A DNA stretch of 64,000 bases from the human T2T-CHM13v2.0 reference genome, Homo sapiens: NCBI RefSeq assembly GCF_009914755.1, contig NC_060934.1; one strand, written 5' to 3'. Shown here piece after piece: positions 17,837 to 38,344 of this stretch. The notes under the pieces were generated by a model. It saw only the letters and a program-made list of their open reading frames with translations. It had not been told where the DNA came from and made no database searches. Position 1 is the stretch's first letter. Every line of letters begins with the position of its first letter. The position numbers were made by a program, and so were the translations under genes.

Positions 17837-18894
<1,058 letters not shown>

Positions 18895-19753
18895 TTACTA
18901 TTATTCAATACCAATTTTGTTAAAGGAAAGGAAATCCTTCAAGGAAAAACACAGTGTTGACGTTAGGATTAGCAGCTTCAGGGTGTCCCAGATATATCCT
19001 GTGGCAGCCTATACAGGTGGCTTCGTGTGTCAGGTGGCTGGTGTCTGGGGGAGCCAGCTGGGCACTCCCATGGACCCTTGGGGAACTGGGCTTCAGCTTT
19101 GCAGGCTTGGAGGTGCTGTTTGGTTTCTAAACCTGGAAGAGATTTGCCTCTGGGGAAATATGGTTAAATTCACAAGAAACAAATGCATAAACCATAATTC
19201 AAGTGTTTTGAATTAGGATGGTAACACTGCCTGCCTTGCAGATGAAAGGATGAACTCAAAGCTGCGCAGCCCTTGGGAAGCCCTCAGGAAGCAGGGGCAA
19301 GGGCCATTGTTGTTATCAGGCTTCCCAAGACTTACCTGCAGGGGAGACTAAGTGATTAGTAGCCATGAGTAACCTTGAGGCTTCCCACATGCCACACACT
19401 CTGCTATGTGCTTTGAGTACATCCTCTCATTTCATCTTCATACTCATGCAGGGCAGGTATTCTTATCCCCATTTTAAAGACGAGGGACTGGGGCATAAAG
19501 CAATTAAGAACCTTAATTGGGACAGAGCCAAGATTTGAACCCCATTTGGCTGACTGGTAACCAGCATTGCCTTTGGGGACAGCTTGATGACCATGAGCTT
19601 AAGTGTGGGTTTCATTTGAATGGTCTTCATGACAATTCATGCAGCGGTGAATCCCAGATAACTCCATTTGCCCTGTCCAAACGTGGCTTTGGGTCAGCCA
19701 CTTAACCTCTCCCTGCCTCCATTTCCTCATCTGTAGAATGAGGGTAATATTAG

Positions 19754-20080
<327 letters not shown>

Positions 20081-20204
20081 AGGATTAAATGCTTTTAAAA
20101 CGGTGCCTGGTACTCAGTATTCAATTAATGTTAGTTATTGATGTTATGATTGTGATTGTGGTTGTTACTGCCTCCAAAGCTCATCTCCAAATTGTAGATC
20201 TGGG

Positions 20205-20562
20205 TGAGGCAGGAAAATAGGGTCTGGAGGCAGGGAACATAAGAACAATTCACACTTCAGCTATGATAGGAAATATCCTCTCCATAGGGCGTACGCCGAG
20301 TACATGACTTTGTAAATTTACTTCATCCTCTTCATGCACATAGGGCGTACACCAAGTAAACGATGCAATCCTCTAGAAGGTATTTAAACTCCCAAAAATT
20401 CTGTAACGGGGCCCTTGAGCCCCCACGCTTGGCCCGCTCCCACCCTGTGCAGTGTAATTTCATTTTCAATAAAGCCCTTCATTCCTTCCTCGCTTTGTTT
20501 GTGCGTTTTGTCCAATTCTTTGTTCAAGACCCCAAGAACCTGGACACCCTCCACCAGTAACA
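20205..20562 (+). mobile_element. ERV1 solo LTR, MER61/MER51 family
   Basis: TGAGGCAGGAAAATAGGGTCTGGAGGCAGGGAAC...CAGTAACA; TG..CA ends, 4-bp TSD TGGG, TATA-like tatttaaa 20381, AATAAA 20468. Confidence 0.85.
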
Positions 20563-22364
20563 TGGGCATTTGTCCCCCATGTCACGCTGAAGACACAATG
20601 CCAAACCGCCTCCCTGAGTACACCTTCACGGCTGCCTCATATGCACTGTCCCAGTTCTAAGCACTTTCTTTCACTAGAGCCCCATACAATATAATCAGTT
20701 TAAGCTTCTGCAGTTACATTCATGATCGATTCAGGTCTCCCTGAAGTGAAGCACCAACTCCTCCCCTCCCCGTGGTGCCCCCAGATCACCTTGAATGGAT
20801 TAGGGGTGTTCTCTTGGGACACTTTAGAGATAGCAACTCTCATAACTAACAACTGGATGCAACCCCATTTCATTCTCAGAGAGGGGCTGCCAGCCCATTA
20901 TACTGTCCACACATCCTTCCTCCATCCCAGGTTCTCAGATCATCCATTCCCCAGGGAGTTCTGAGTCTCAAATGACAGGTGTAAAGTGAGTGTACATGGG
21001 GTTTGCCCCATAGATCCCCGTGTGTCTTTTTAGGCAGTTACCACTCTGAGCGAAGTCCACCTGTGCTCTGGGCAGGAGCAGGGGCTGGTGAGACTGAGGA
21101 AGTCCTGTCCCTGGACAGCTGGAGCCAGGCTCTTTGACCTCCTCTAGGACCTGCCCTGAGATATGGGGAAAGTTTGTAACAGGAGCTGAGGCTCTGGCTT
21201 GTTGGGCTTGAAAGGGTTGGAGAAGCTGCTAGTCTCTTTCCTCAGCCGGACCTTACTGTAGGCCTGGGGAGGATGAGGCTGTGCTACCTCATTCCTGGCC
21301 ATTATTCCAAGATAATGGATTTCTTACAGCAGCAGTAATTTTTATTTAAAGAGTTGCTTCGGACAAAAATACTCTCACGTAAGCCTTCCCTTTCACCCCG
21401 ACCTTCTGTACAAATCACACTGTCCATCCATTCCCATCGCGCCCACAGGGGCACACCCAGGCCATCCTCACCATGTTTGCCATATCAAAGTCTCGCTTGT
21501 ACTGTTATTTCTTTAATATTTTGCTTTAAATGGCTTTCCTTTCTTTTTTTTTATTGTCAGTTAATTTTGACAGGAACATTATGTCAGTAATATCCGTGTA
21601 ATTACAAATTTAATGAGCTACATGTTTCTTAAGACACATTAAAATAAATACATATATATTAAACATTTAAAAAATTTCCCCCAAATCACCTAAAATCACT
21701 AGTGGTATCCAGACCACGCCCTGGGAAGCCCCCGCAAGGCCTGTCAATGTTTGTGGAGGCTCTCCTGGGTCACCATCTTGTCACTGTTGCCTTCTCTCAC
21801 TAATACCCCTCAGTCCGTGCCCTGAGGGCAAGGGTGGCTGGAAAGAGCTGTCCGGTTCCACCGGGAGGCCCCACCCTGGGAGTGCTGAGTTCCATGGTGA
21901 GCTACCCTCTTCACTCAAACTTGGATTTCCTTTCTGTCTGCTAGAGAGAGGCGAGTTCTTTTATTGATCAGTGGTGAAAACGGGGTGAGAATTCTACTCA
22001 TCTCTCCTTCCCAGGGAATGATGAGGCCAGACAAGGGCCTGGGAAAGGGAGCATCAGAGGCAGATGGAAGCCAGAGGCAGCTGTGGAGAGAGGATGGACT
22101 TGCCGGACTGAGTAGAGGACAGATTTGCCTCTTTTCACAAAGGACTTGAGGCACAGATGGGGAAACACAGGGGCTGTGTGGAATCCTGGCTCCTTCAATT
22201 ACTGTCTGTATAGCCTGTGGCAAATTCCTTCACTACTTCATGAACCTCACTTACCCTCAGCAAAATGGGATTGATGCTATTTAGTCACACTTGTCTTATC
22301 TGCTGTCCAGGTTGTGGTAAGGATTGAATAAACAAAAGAGAGTATTGCTGCTCTGAAAACTCTA

Positions 22365-23670
<1,306 letters not shown>

Positions 23671-23679
23671 AAACATACA

Positions 23680-25063
<1,384 letters not shown>

Positions 25064-27845
25064 GCAAAAGGACCAAGTGGGGGAGTGGTGCTGGAGGGAT
25101 ATGAGGAGGAGCAGTGTCACTGGGATAGTCAGGAAACAGGGGTGCCATGAGCATAAAAGAGAGAGCAGGGCCCAAATCTTGGGCTACAGAAAAACAAGTT
25201 AGAAAAATAAAATAGTCTCCAAGGGAATGGACTGGCTGCTGCTGTTTCTTTCCCTTGATGAAATCATGGGCTTTACCTTCCTGCAACCCTATGGTTTCTG
25301 GGAAGGGCTTCTTGGAAGATGAACAATTGTCCAGGCTTGTTATGCCTGGGTGGTGCTTGGGGAGACCGAGGGCCACTGGTTGACCTGCTAAACATAGCGT
25401 GCGATATATATTGTTTGGTCTGAGCTTTTAAGTGCTCTTTCCCTGTTTGTTTGTTTAATTCCTGAGTTTTTGTATGTGATCTCCTATAAATCTTCCTCTT
25501 CTTAAGGACTATGTTTGACAACTTCATTTCCCCCCAACTGGAGACATTTCCCCTGCTAAGGGTCAAAAAGACTAATTATCCTAAACCGAGTATTGGAGAC
25601 ACCCTCAGGCTCACACATGACTGAGAAGTGCATGATCCCAGCCATATTAATAGAACGCAGCAAGAGCGTATCTGAGAACAGAGGCAGTGACGTCTTCAAA
25701 GCTCAACCGTATTCCTGTTGGAAAATAAACTCCTGACCCCTTCAACAATGCCTGTGTGGAACCTCACAGTAGAAGAGGCCACGAAAGATATTCTGTTCAA
25801 ACACTTTAATTTATTCAGGAGGAAACTGAGGCTCTGGGCAGATTACGATTTGCCTAAGGACCCAGAATTGATGATGGGGCTGGGACCCGAGCTCAGAGCT
25901 CCTAACTCCCTGAGCAGTGCTCTCTCCACCTTAGTTGGGTTTGGTGGGAGGAGGGTGAAGGAGAGGAATGGGTAGAGGAGGTGGGAAGGGTTGCAAAACA
26001 TCAGCTGACTCTCATAAAGTGCTTTAACACAAAGCACTTTCCTATGGTTTCTCATTTAAGGTAGGTATAATTTCCATTTTGCAAGTGGGAGACCTGGAGC
26101 TCAGAGAGGGCAAATGACTTGTCCGAGGTCACAATGTTCTTTAGTGGCAGAACAAGGAGTCAAGCCCAGATCTTCGGGCTCCTTGGTTGAGAGCTGTCTT
26201 CACCATCACGTGGAAAAGATGGGGGAGGAGAGAGCAGCACACTGGTTGCCAGTGTATCAGCGCTCCAGGGCAGGCAGGTGGAGGGAAACACGGCCTGAGA
26301 AGTCAAGAGGAGGACCACCTGCCTGGAGCCACACACGGCACTTTCCACGCATAACCCCCTTTAATCATTGCCTCAAACTCATGAAAGTGATGAGGAACTG
26401 AAGCTGGGAGAGGCTAAGCGGTCACCCGGCTAGTTAATAGCAGAGTTGTGGACCTGAATCCAGATCTGTCCAACTTGAGAGCCTCCGCAGGTCTCCACTG
26501 GGGCTTTTCAGGTGAGTGAAAGTCTATAGGCTGAAACTGGGCAAGAGGGAGGCACAGACAACACTGCAAGGAAAGAGGACCGGGAAGACTTTCAGGCACA
26601 ATGACTGATCCTGGAGGTGCAGAACCTCTTCCTCAACTTCCATCGGCTCTCTCCTCTGCTGTGAATGCAAATATTGTCCCCAAAGCATTAGCCAAATCCC
26701 TGCTTATTCTCTGCACAGTCTGTAGATTTGCTTGGGGGCTGAACTAGGGCTCTCCCTGTGTTACGGTTGGGTTCCGCCCTTAGCACTGCAGTGTTCTGCT
26801 CCTTGCTTTCCGGGCCACACCTAACAGGGCCTCCTTCCCCCGGAGCCCTACCCCACCCCTTCCAAAGACCACCATCACGAGGCAGGAAACAGAGCTGGAT
26901 TGCCTTGTTTTCATGCGAGAACTTGTCCCGTCTTCTCCTGCCTCCCTCCCTCCCTCCCTCCCTCCCTCTCTCCCAATTTTTGTTTCCAAAATACTTGTGA
27001 GGTGCTTTCCCCACATGAGGGTCCCTGATTGACTATTGGTGGGGAAATTCCTACCAACACTCTTATCTTTTCTAGTCAGCCACCTCGTTTTTCTGATAGA
27101 GGCAGCATCATTGATAATATTACCATTTCCTCCAGCACCTGACACACAGTAGGGTCACAGTGAGTCTTTCTGCCCTGAGTTGACAGCACAAGAGAGGAAG
27201 AGGTGGAGTTATTCTGAGGGCCTACCGTGGCTAATGTTTCCCTTGTTTGGACGTCTTTTGTAACTAATGAATCTCGTAAGGCCTGGTGTCTGGGACATTC
27301 CTCAGAAGACTTCCCGTGAGGCGAGTTACTGGATGACCCTCTTGTGCTTTGGGGCAATGCTGGCAATTGGCGCAGCTGTGTCGGGAGCTCGGGGTTCCCG
27401 CGTGGTGAGTGGAGCTTGCAGCCCACCAGCCAGGGCCACGCCACTTCTCCTTGCCCTCGGCAAAGCGCTGTGGTGGGTGAAAAACAAATGAAAATTTAAG
27501 TCCAAGGGAATATAAAAATGTAATCAGGAAATGTAATCAATATTTACTCCCAGCAGTAAAATGCCAACATGTGGGGAATGTGGATGAGGGGGTATATGGG
27601 GATTTTTCTTACTATTTTTACAAACTTTCTGTTCATCTGAAATTATTTCAAAATAAAATATTAGGTAGATAGAAAAACAAAATATGTTTTGTGACCGAGT
27701 GAGTGAGAACAGGAGAAACAGCTTAGAGCAGATAGAGGTGGGAGTAGAGTAGTTAAGAGGGGGCTTAGGGTTGGGAGAGCTGGGCTCACATCCTGCTTTC
27801 CCACTTCAGAGCTGTCACACCTTGCGCGGGTTCCTTAACCTCTTT

Positions 27846-28062
27846 GGTTTTTTTTGAGACATCCCTGGCTAATGTTTGCATTTTTAGCAGAGACCGGGTT
27901 TCACCGTCTTGGCCAGGCTGGTCTCACTCTGTCGCCCAGGCTGGAGTGCAATGGTGCAATCTCAGCTCACTGCAACCTCCGCCTCCAGGTTTTCAAGCCA
28001 TTCTCCTGCCTCAGCCTCCCGAGTAGCTGGGATTACAGGCGCCCACTACCATGCCTAGCTAA

Positions 28063-28111
<49 letters not shown>

Positions 28112-28234
28112 TTTAGTAGAGACGGGGTTTTGCCATGTTGGCCAGGCTAGTCTTGAACTCCTGACCACAAGAGATCCACCCACCTCAGCTTCCCAAAGTG
28201 CTGGGATTACAGGCATGAACCCCTGTGCCTGGCC
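27846..28234 (-). mobile_element. AluS with an extra 66-nt Alu-derived insert (27860-27925) and a (TG)n expansion in the linker (28065-28109)
   Basis: Antisense Alu; TSD ccttaacctYttt. Confidence 0.9.
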
Positions 28235-29363
28235 CCTTAACCTTTTTCAGTTCCAGTTTCTTCACCTGAAAAATGGGAATGATAAAGGCCTATTAGGAGG
28301 TTAATGCAACAATGCATGTATAGCTCTTTAGGACAAGCCCCTTTACATAGTAAGGGCTCCCAAATGATGAGAAGAGGGCAAAGAGAGACACAGAAAGGAC
28401 AAAGTCCTCCCCTTATTCAATCCCTATGACTTCTTTGTCTTTGCCATTTAAGTCCCCAGATCCTACACCTCCTACACAAGGGACACACCACACTGCCATA
28501 ACCAGTCCCTGGCTTTGGCCCTGTTGCCCTTGTAAAATAGGCAGAGAATAGTCCAGGGCTGCTGCCCATACAATGTTTCCTGACATTCTCAACTGGTTAT
28601 CTTAAAGGGCCAGCAGGAAGGTGCTTATGAATACTTATCTGCTTGTGACCTTGGGGCCACAGTCTTTCATTCATTCTTCAACATACCTTCATAGAGTGAG
28701 GGTGAAGGGAACCATGGACCAGACATGGTACTTGGCATGGAAATACGGCATGGAGCAAAACTAACGTGGCTTGCCCTTGGGTGCTCACCTTCTAGGAACT
28801 AGTCTTTCCCTGTGTCTTTTCCAGATTCCCTCCCTCTGCAGCACCCAACCTTGGTCATTATTCCAGAGTACAGAAACTCCTTCCCTGCAGCATGCTGATG
28901 GCTCAGGCTCACGCAGTCACAGAAGGCAGGGCACATGGCAAGATGTTGGCGGTTACTGTGGCCTGATCATTCTTTAGCAGCTGTCCTTGGGTAAAATTTG
29001 GTCTTGGAAGGTACTGAGGGCACCCCAGTGGTCCAAAGCTGAAACTGCCTTATCTGCAAATCCTTCCACTCCAATTGGCGACCCACATCCCTTTTCCATG
29101 CCCACTGTATTTTCTAAACTAGTCTCTGCCCTAGACTTCCTTCACTGTCTGCAATCCACATTAGTCCAAAACCCCCTTTCTAAGCAGCTCTCCTTTTTTA
29201 ACCAAATATACCTTCTGCTCCCATCATCCTGCCTCACCCTCACCCTACCTCTCTGACTGTGGTTATGATATGCATCCAGCTCCACCAAGAGTGCATACTT
29301 CCTAGCATTAGACACCAGTCACAATTAGCATTACCAAACCTACCCAACCTCTCTATGAGGCAA

Positions 29364-29652
29364 ATTTTTTTAAATTAAGAGACAAGGTCTCACTCTGTCA
29401 CCCAAGCTGGAGTGCAGCGGCACAATCAGAGCTCACTGCAGCCTCAAGCTCCTGGGCTCAAGTGATCCTCCTGCCTCAGCCTCCCAAGCAGCTAGAAGTG
29501 CAGGTGCACACCACCATGCCTGGCTAATTTCTTTTTTCAATTTTTGGAAGAAATGGAGTCTCGCTGTGTTGCCCAGGCTGGTCTCAAACAATCCTCCTGC
29601 CTCAACCTCCCAAAGCACTGGGATTATAGGCATGAGCCACTACATCTAGCCT
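29364..29652 (-). mobile_element. AluJ
   Basis: Antisense Alu with a deletion in the left arm. Confidence 0.88.
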
Positions 29653-30289
29653 GAATGTGGCACTTTTAAAATTCATTTGTTTTATAGAAAAACTGGAGTA
29701 ACAATACAAAGCACAAATTGAGGAATGAAGAACTTCATCTTTCTCACCCTCTTTCATATTCACAACTCTTAATTAACCTCTCACTTGTGAAAACTGTTTG
29801 ACCTTAGATATTCTCATTAAAAATAAATTGATATTTTTTCCCTTTAGACCCTCACTTCAATATTATTTATTGAGAACTACTTCTGTTTACAACCTACAGA
29901 GAAAGTGGAATATATTCCTCACAGATAAAACCTACCGTATAGCAAAAAATATAACTGAACATATATTAAAAGAGGGACCTGAATGAGTTCCACATGGCAT
30001 GATATCTAAGTGTAACACAGTCTCAGAAAGGTGAACTTTGTGTGTGTGTGTGTGTGTGTTGTCAACAAAAAGACATTTATCGATTTTGTGTTTTGTATCA
30101 TGAAAAATAATTTTTCATGAAGTGTAAAAAGAAAAAAGAGTCCAGGCTCTGGACTTAGAGTCTAGCTCTCTCCTTTCCTATGTGTACCAGCTTGTAGAAT
30201 TGGTATAAAAATTAAAAGAGATAATAGGTATAAATGAATTACCGCAGAACCTCAATCAATGATAGCAGGCTGGTAGACACATACCCCCA

Positions 30290-30715
30290 AATCTATTCTC
30301 TTTTTTCTTTAAGTAATAGAACACTGATTCTTATTTTGGATGTAGAAACTTCCTCGCATCTAGGTGCAGCTGCCTGATGAAGCCACTGAGTCCTGAGCAA
30401 AAATGTTGCACAGGACTTCCAGGAAGTCTCCCTAAATGTAGGAGACACTCTATCATCCCTCTGCCTATTATTGGTCTGGACTCTGGAAGTGATGTCTGGT
30501 GCCCCAACTGCTCTTTTGGAGCATGAGGAGGGGGACCACAACCTGCGGATGGCATTGCAGACAGCTAAAGAGCTTGGTCCTTGATGAACAGGAAGCTGCC
30601 ATTCCAGCCCTGAATTTCCTGAGGATTTCTTTTCATAAAATATAATTTTTTTCTCATATTTAAGCCATTCTTTTTCAGGTCTTAGTTTCTCAAAGTGAAG
30701 CTAATCACAACTAAT
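30290..30715 (+). mobile_element. MLT1-like (MaLR) LTR, degraded
   Basis: ttcctcgcatctaggtgcagc..tttaagccattc..ctaat are MLT1-type motifs. Confidence 0.55.
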
Positions 30716-31735
30716 ATACTATAATTATTATTTTCCTCATTATTTTGTCAGCCCTGGCCCACAATCCTACTGTCTCACAGATCCCCTCTTTTCGCCATTA
30801 GAAGCAGACTAAATGCCATCAATAACAAAGAACTTTGCCTTGGTTCTGATCTCTGTCACCAGTCCATCCGTGCCCTTACTATGGTGCACCCACGTCCTCC
30901 TGGCCCTGGTGACATGCATGGCAACCCCCTCTGCTTTCTCTCCTTTGTTTTCCCCTCTCTCTGCATTTCCGATTCCAAGTCTTTTTCTGTTTTCCCTGGC
31001 TACTGTTTGCAGAATTCTCACACTGACTGGGTGGGACTGAACCACCCTGAAAGCAGAATATTTGGACTAACTAGAAAGGAAGGGGGAGCTTTCCAGGTGG
31101 ATGAAAAAAATAAGCAAAAGAGAACACAGATGGGGCATAATGTGGGGACTAAGAGGGAAGTCGCTGAAGGTTTCTGTTGAGGGCGGCAGGAGGTGAGATT
31201 GAATTGGAAAGCGGGTGAGCCTATTACGGAGGATCTTTAAGGCCTAGTAGAGGAGTTTGGACTTGATTCTGGAAGAAATAGCCACTATGAGTTTCTGAGC
31301 AGGGCAGAGACATGAGGCAAGTGATGTTTCCAGAGGAATTCATCTGGCTGCCGGGTGCAAAACAGATTGAAGGCAGGAAGAGCCTGGAGACAGGGAGACC
31401 AATATAAATCTTCCACCCAGTAATCAGATGGTGAGACATTGTGAACAGACTTTGAAAGGGGCCTTGTGAAACAGCAAAAGTAAAATGCAATGATTTCAGC
31501 TAAGCAGCAGCTGCAGAAGAAGCCTTAAACAAAATCTTTCCCCAGAATTTTTCACATGAAAGTAGCAAGCTTCCAAATAATGAAAATTGGTTCAATCTTT
31601 TTGTAAAACAGTCTGACAACTGTGGATCAAGAGCCTTAAGAATGTTCACACCCTTTGACCCAGTAATTCCACTTGTGGGAATGCTAGGGAAATAATCCAA
31701 ACCAGGGAAAGGAAATAAAATGCATGGAGAACTTA

Positions 31736-32097
<362 letters not shown>

Positions 32098-32368
32098 AAG
32101 TTCAGCAAAAGGGGAAAGATTAAGCAAACTCTGGATCTCGATTAACTCCATTACCCAGCCATTAACTCAGAGGGGTAAGAAGACCAGACAGATGACGTGA
32201 AAAGGGCTCACAACATAATTGGAGAAAAGCAGGTTGCAAAATGCATCTGGTGTATTATCACACAACAGACACCCGTGCAGGAACAAGACCAAAAAGTAAT
32301 ATTCTAAATTACTCCCCATTGTTTCATTAGACTGTAGGGACTTTTCTCCTTTTAAAAATTATTTTGAT

Positions 32369-33394
<1,026 letters not shown>

Positions 33395-34339
33395 TGAGAA
33401 TAAATGTAGGAAACCATGAGACATGCTCATGCCATCACCAGCACAGGTACTTACTATTTATCTTCTCGATGATGAGGTTTAAAAGAAAAAGATTTAGGCT
33501 TTGGAGCTTGTTGGGAGAGGGCTGAGTTTAATCCCACCTTAGCTGGATGACCATGGCAAGATTATCTTTGAAGTAGGGAATGATCACACATCCCTCGCAT
33601 AATTTGGGGGAAATCAAGTGAGAGGATGATGAAAATCTCTTAACACAGTGTTCTGCACTTAAAAGACACACAGCAAACAGGGGCTGTAAATACGGAGAGC
33701 TATTATTTTCTCAATTCTGTTTTCTGCCTCTTGCGGTGGATAGTTGTGAGCTTCTGGAGCTGACTGTCCGAGGACAGAGGCAGAACCCTGAGCAGTGTTC
33801 TTGGCCTCAGCCACTTCATGCCGTTGCTGCAGCCACCAAGACTTTTCCCCACTGTGAACCCACCGGGCAATTCCTGCTCCTTAATCTGGCCTAGCAGTGC
33901 AGGTCCCTTTGCCAAGACCACACCTTGACTGTGGTGTACAAATGAACTGAGCGTAGACGACAAAGTTTGTTTTCAAAAGGAAGTTTTATTCTCCACATAC
34001 TCAACTAGCGTGTATTTAAGAATAGTTTTATGTTTTAGACATTTAAGTTTGAACATAAAGTGGCCTTTGTTTTCTTAACTCATTTTGTTTTACCTCCCTT
34101 GACCCCAGTTTTTATGCAAGTCCCAGTTTACAACCCTGCTCAAAGCTGTATAAGTCCCTTTGAAGGACAGTATATGATTCTAAAAGGTCATTGAGATGAG
34201 AAAAGAGATGAGGATAGCTAGAAGACCACCTAGAGCAAAGCAAATTAATGCCAACAATGATTTTGGGGTGCTAAATGGCACCACCAATGTTCACAACTTC
34301 CTGCTTAATAAAACTTTCACACTCAGCCGGATTGTTCTC

Positions 34340-34641
34340 TTCTTTTCTTTTCTTTTTTTTTTAATGGAGTCTTGCTCCGTTGCCCAGGCTGGAGTGCAGT
34401 GGTGTGGTCTCAGCTCACTGAAACCTCCGCCTCCTGGGTTCAAGTGATTCTCCTGCCTCAGCCTCCTGAGTAGCTGGGATTACAGGCGCCCGCCACCACA
34501 CCTGGCTAATTTTTTGTATTTTCAGTAGAGATGGGGTTTCACCATGTTGGCCAGGCTGGTCTCAAACTCCTGACCTTGTGATCTGCCCGCCTCCAGCTCC
34601 CAAAGTGCTGGGATTACAGGCATGAGCCACCACACCCGGCT
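34340..34641 (-). mobile_element. AluS
   Basis: Antisense dimer. Confidence 0.9.
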
Positions 34642-35218
34642 CAGTCAGATTTTTTAAGTTTCTCAAAGACTACTTAAGTGGGAACCCATTGAAAACCTTA
34701 TTAAAGACCAGAGAGATGACATTTATTGGCTCTGCATGGCCTACTCAGCCTGCAGGCTGTTGAGGGATACCTTGTATCAACTCCCTGGTATTCCCAGCAT
34801 GCTGGGGAATGAGGCTCTGGGAGGGAAGAAAAGTCTTGTCTTTCTCCACCCTGGATTTTACTTTTGAAGCAAGGACATGCCCAGTCTGCAAACAGAAACA
34901 TGATGTGACATCTGGACCTCAGACCCAAATGTCAGGGAAGATGAGACTGAGGGTGACCATCAGATGGGCTAACATGGTGGAGCTGGGCCATGTTCTCTTT
35001 CCCTTGGGGCTGCTGCCAGCCCCTGTGGCCCCAGCTCTTCCTTACTAACTCATGGTTTCATTCTTTTCAGCCACAGTGATGCTGTGACTTTAGTCAAAGG
35101 TAGGGCCCTGGCGTAGGTGCTGTTGTATTCACAGCACCACAGCTGCTAGATGTTTGGTGATAGTTTGATGGATAAATGAATGCCTGTATGCATGAATAAA
35201 TGAATAAAATTCCTTTCC

Positions 35219-35998
<780 letters not shown>

Positions 35999-36484
35999 TG
36001 ATTTTTAATAGTTATGGCTTTAAAAGAAAAAAACTAGAATATATTTTAATACAAATAAGAAATCTGAATTATAACCATGTGGATCAGAACTGTCCAACAA
36101 ACTGGAACCTCTGTGCTGACTGTATTGTGGTAAGAAAAAAAGTCTATGTTCTGAAGATAAAGAGAAAGAAAGGAAGGAAGGGATGGAGGAAGGAGAAAAG
36201 GCAGGTGAGGAGATAAAAGGATACAGAAAGAAAGGAGAGAGTTTGAGAAAGAAACTGAGTTCTGGTTCTGTGTCTCTGACTTGGCCGCTCATGGCTTTGT
36301 AACCTTGAGCCTCACTTTCCCTGTTGTAAATGAGAGGTTGGACGGGATCTGAAGTTCTCAGGCTTTCTGAGTGAATCAGAATCCCTTGGATGCGGCTACT
36401 AATTGTGCACATTCCTGAGCCCCACCCCTTTTGGACTTTGACCCCGTGCTGGGGCCCTGGGAATCTTCATGTTTAATAAGCCTC

Positions 36485-36800
36485 TTTTTTTCTTTTTCTT
36501 TTTTCTTTTCTTTTTTTTTTTTTTTTTGATAACAGGGTCTTGCTCTGTTGCTCAGGCTAGAGTGCAGTGGCATGCATGATCACAGCTCACTGCAGTCTCG
36601 AACTCTGGGGCCCAAGTGATCCTCCCACCTCAGCCTCCTGAGTAGCTGGGATGACAGGCATGTGCTACCATGCCTGGCTATTTTTATGTATTTTTGGTAT
36701 TTTATGTTGCCCAGGCTAGTCTGGAACTCCTCAGCTCAAGTGATGCACTTGTGCCGGCCTCCTAAAGTACTGGGATTACAGACATGAGCTACTGTGCCCA
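36485..36800 (-). mobile_element. AluJ
   Basis: Antisense, diverged. Confidence 0.85.
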
Positions 36801-37628
36801 GACAACAAGCTTCTTCTTGACCCAGCTGCAGAAGAAGCCAGAGCTCACGCTGAGAACACAGGAGCGGATGGCCCAGAGAGGCTGTGGCTCTGACTCCTCA
36901 GGGATGAGACTTTTGATCTGGGAGTTATACCATTTTCCCTAACTCTTGAAATAACAGTAAACCACTTTGGGGGCCATTTTAGCTCTGGTTTAGATGGGAA
37001 TGACTCATGACTAAGTGCTGAAGGCAAGGGGAATTGTACGTTAGCATCTTAGAAACTAGCGGACTCTCTCAGGGTAGCCTTTGCCTTAGGTTGTTAGAAC
37101 CTGCTAAATGGGATGGGATTAATCCCTGGCTGTTCCTACCTATATGGAGGTGGATACGACGGTATTTCCTATCATCTGTGGGTGATTGGTGCTTTTTCTA
37201 GACGCTGTCCCATGCATGAGCTCATCTGAGCCTCAAGGTGTAGGCTATTACCTCGTTTCACAGATGCGGAACCTGAGATGTGGAGGCTTCTTGCCAGAGT
37301 ATTCGCTGCTCTTTATTGGCAAACACAGGAAAAGAGCGCCGATCTCCTTTTTCCCAGTGTGCCATGTGGCGGATAACTACATATTTCTTAAACTAAGGGA
37401 CAGAGGAGTTATTAACAATAAGTTTCCAAAACTTCTTACTTTTCCAGAGCAATGATAAAGTTCCAGTGAAGACTGAGGTTACTACTCTAATGATATTAAT
37501 GATAAAAATTATTAGAAGCCCTCGAGGTACAGTCCATGCAATCCAGCCTTATGGTGAGGGGGCACATGCATATATAATATATATTTGCATACATGTGCTT
37601 TGGATAAATTATGAAAGAGGATATACAG

Positions 37629-38344
<716 letters not shown>

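Noticed and set aside
34872-34881. Perfect p53 half-site GGACATGCCC
   Set aside because: No adjacent second decamer; an isolated half-site is expected by chance.
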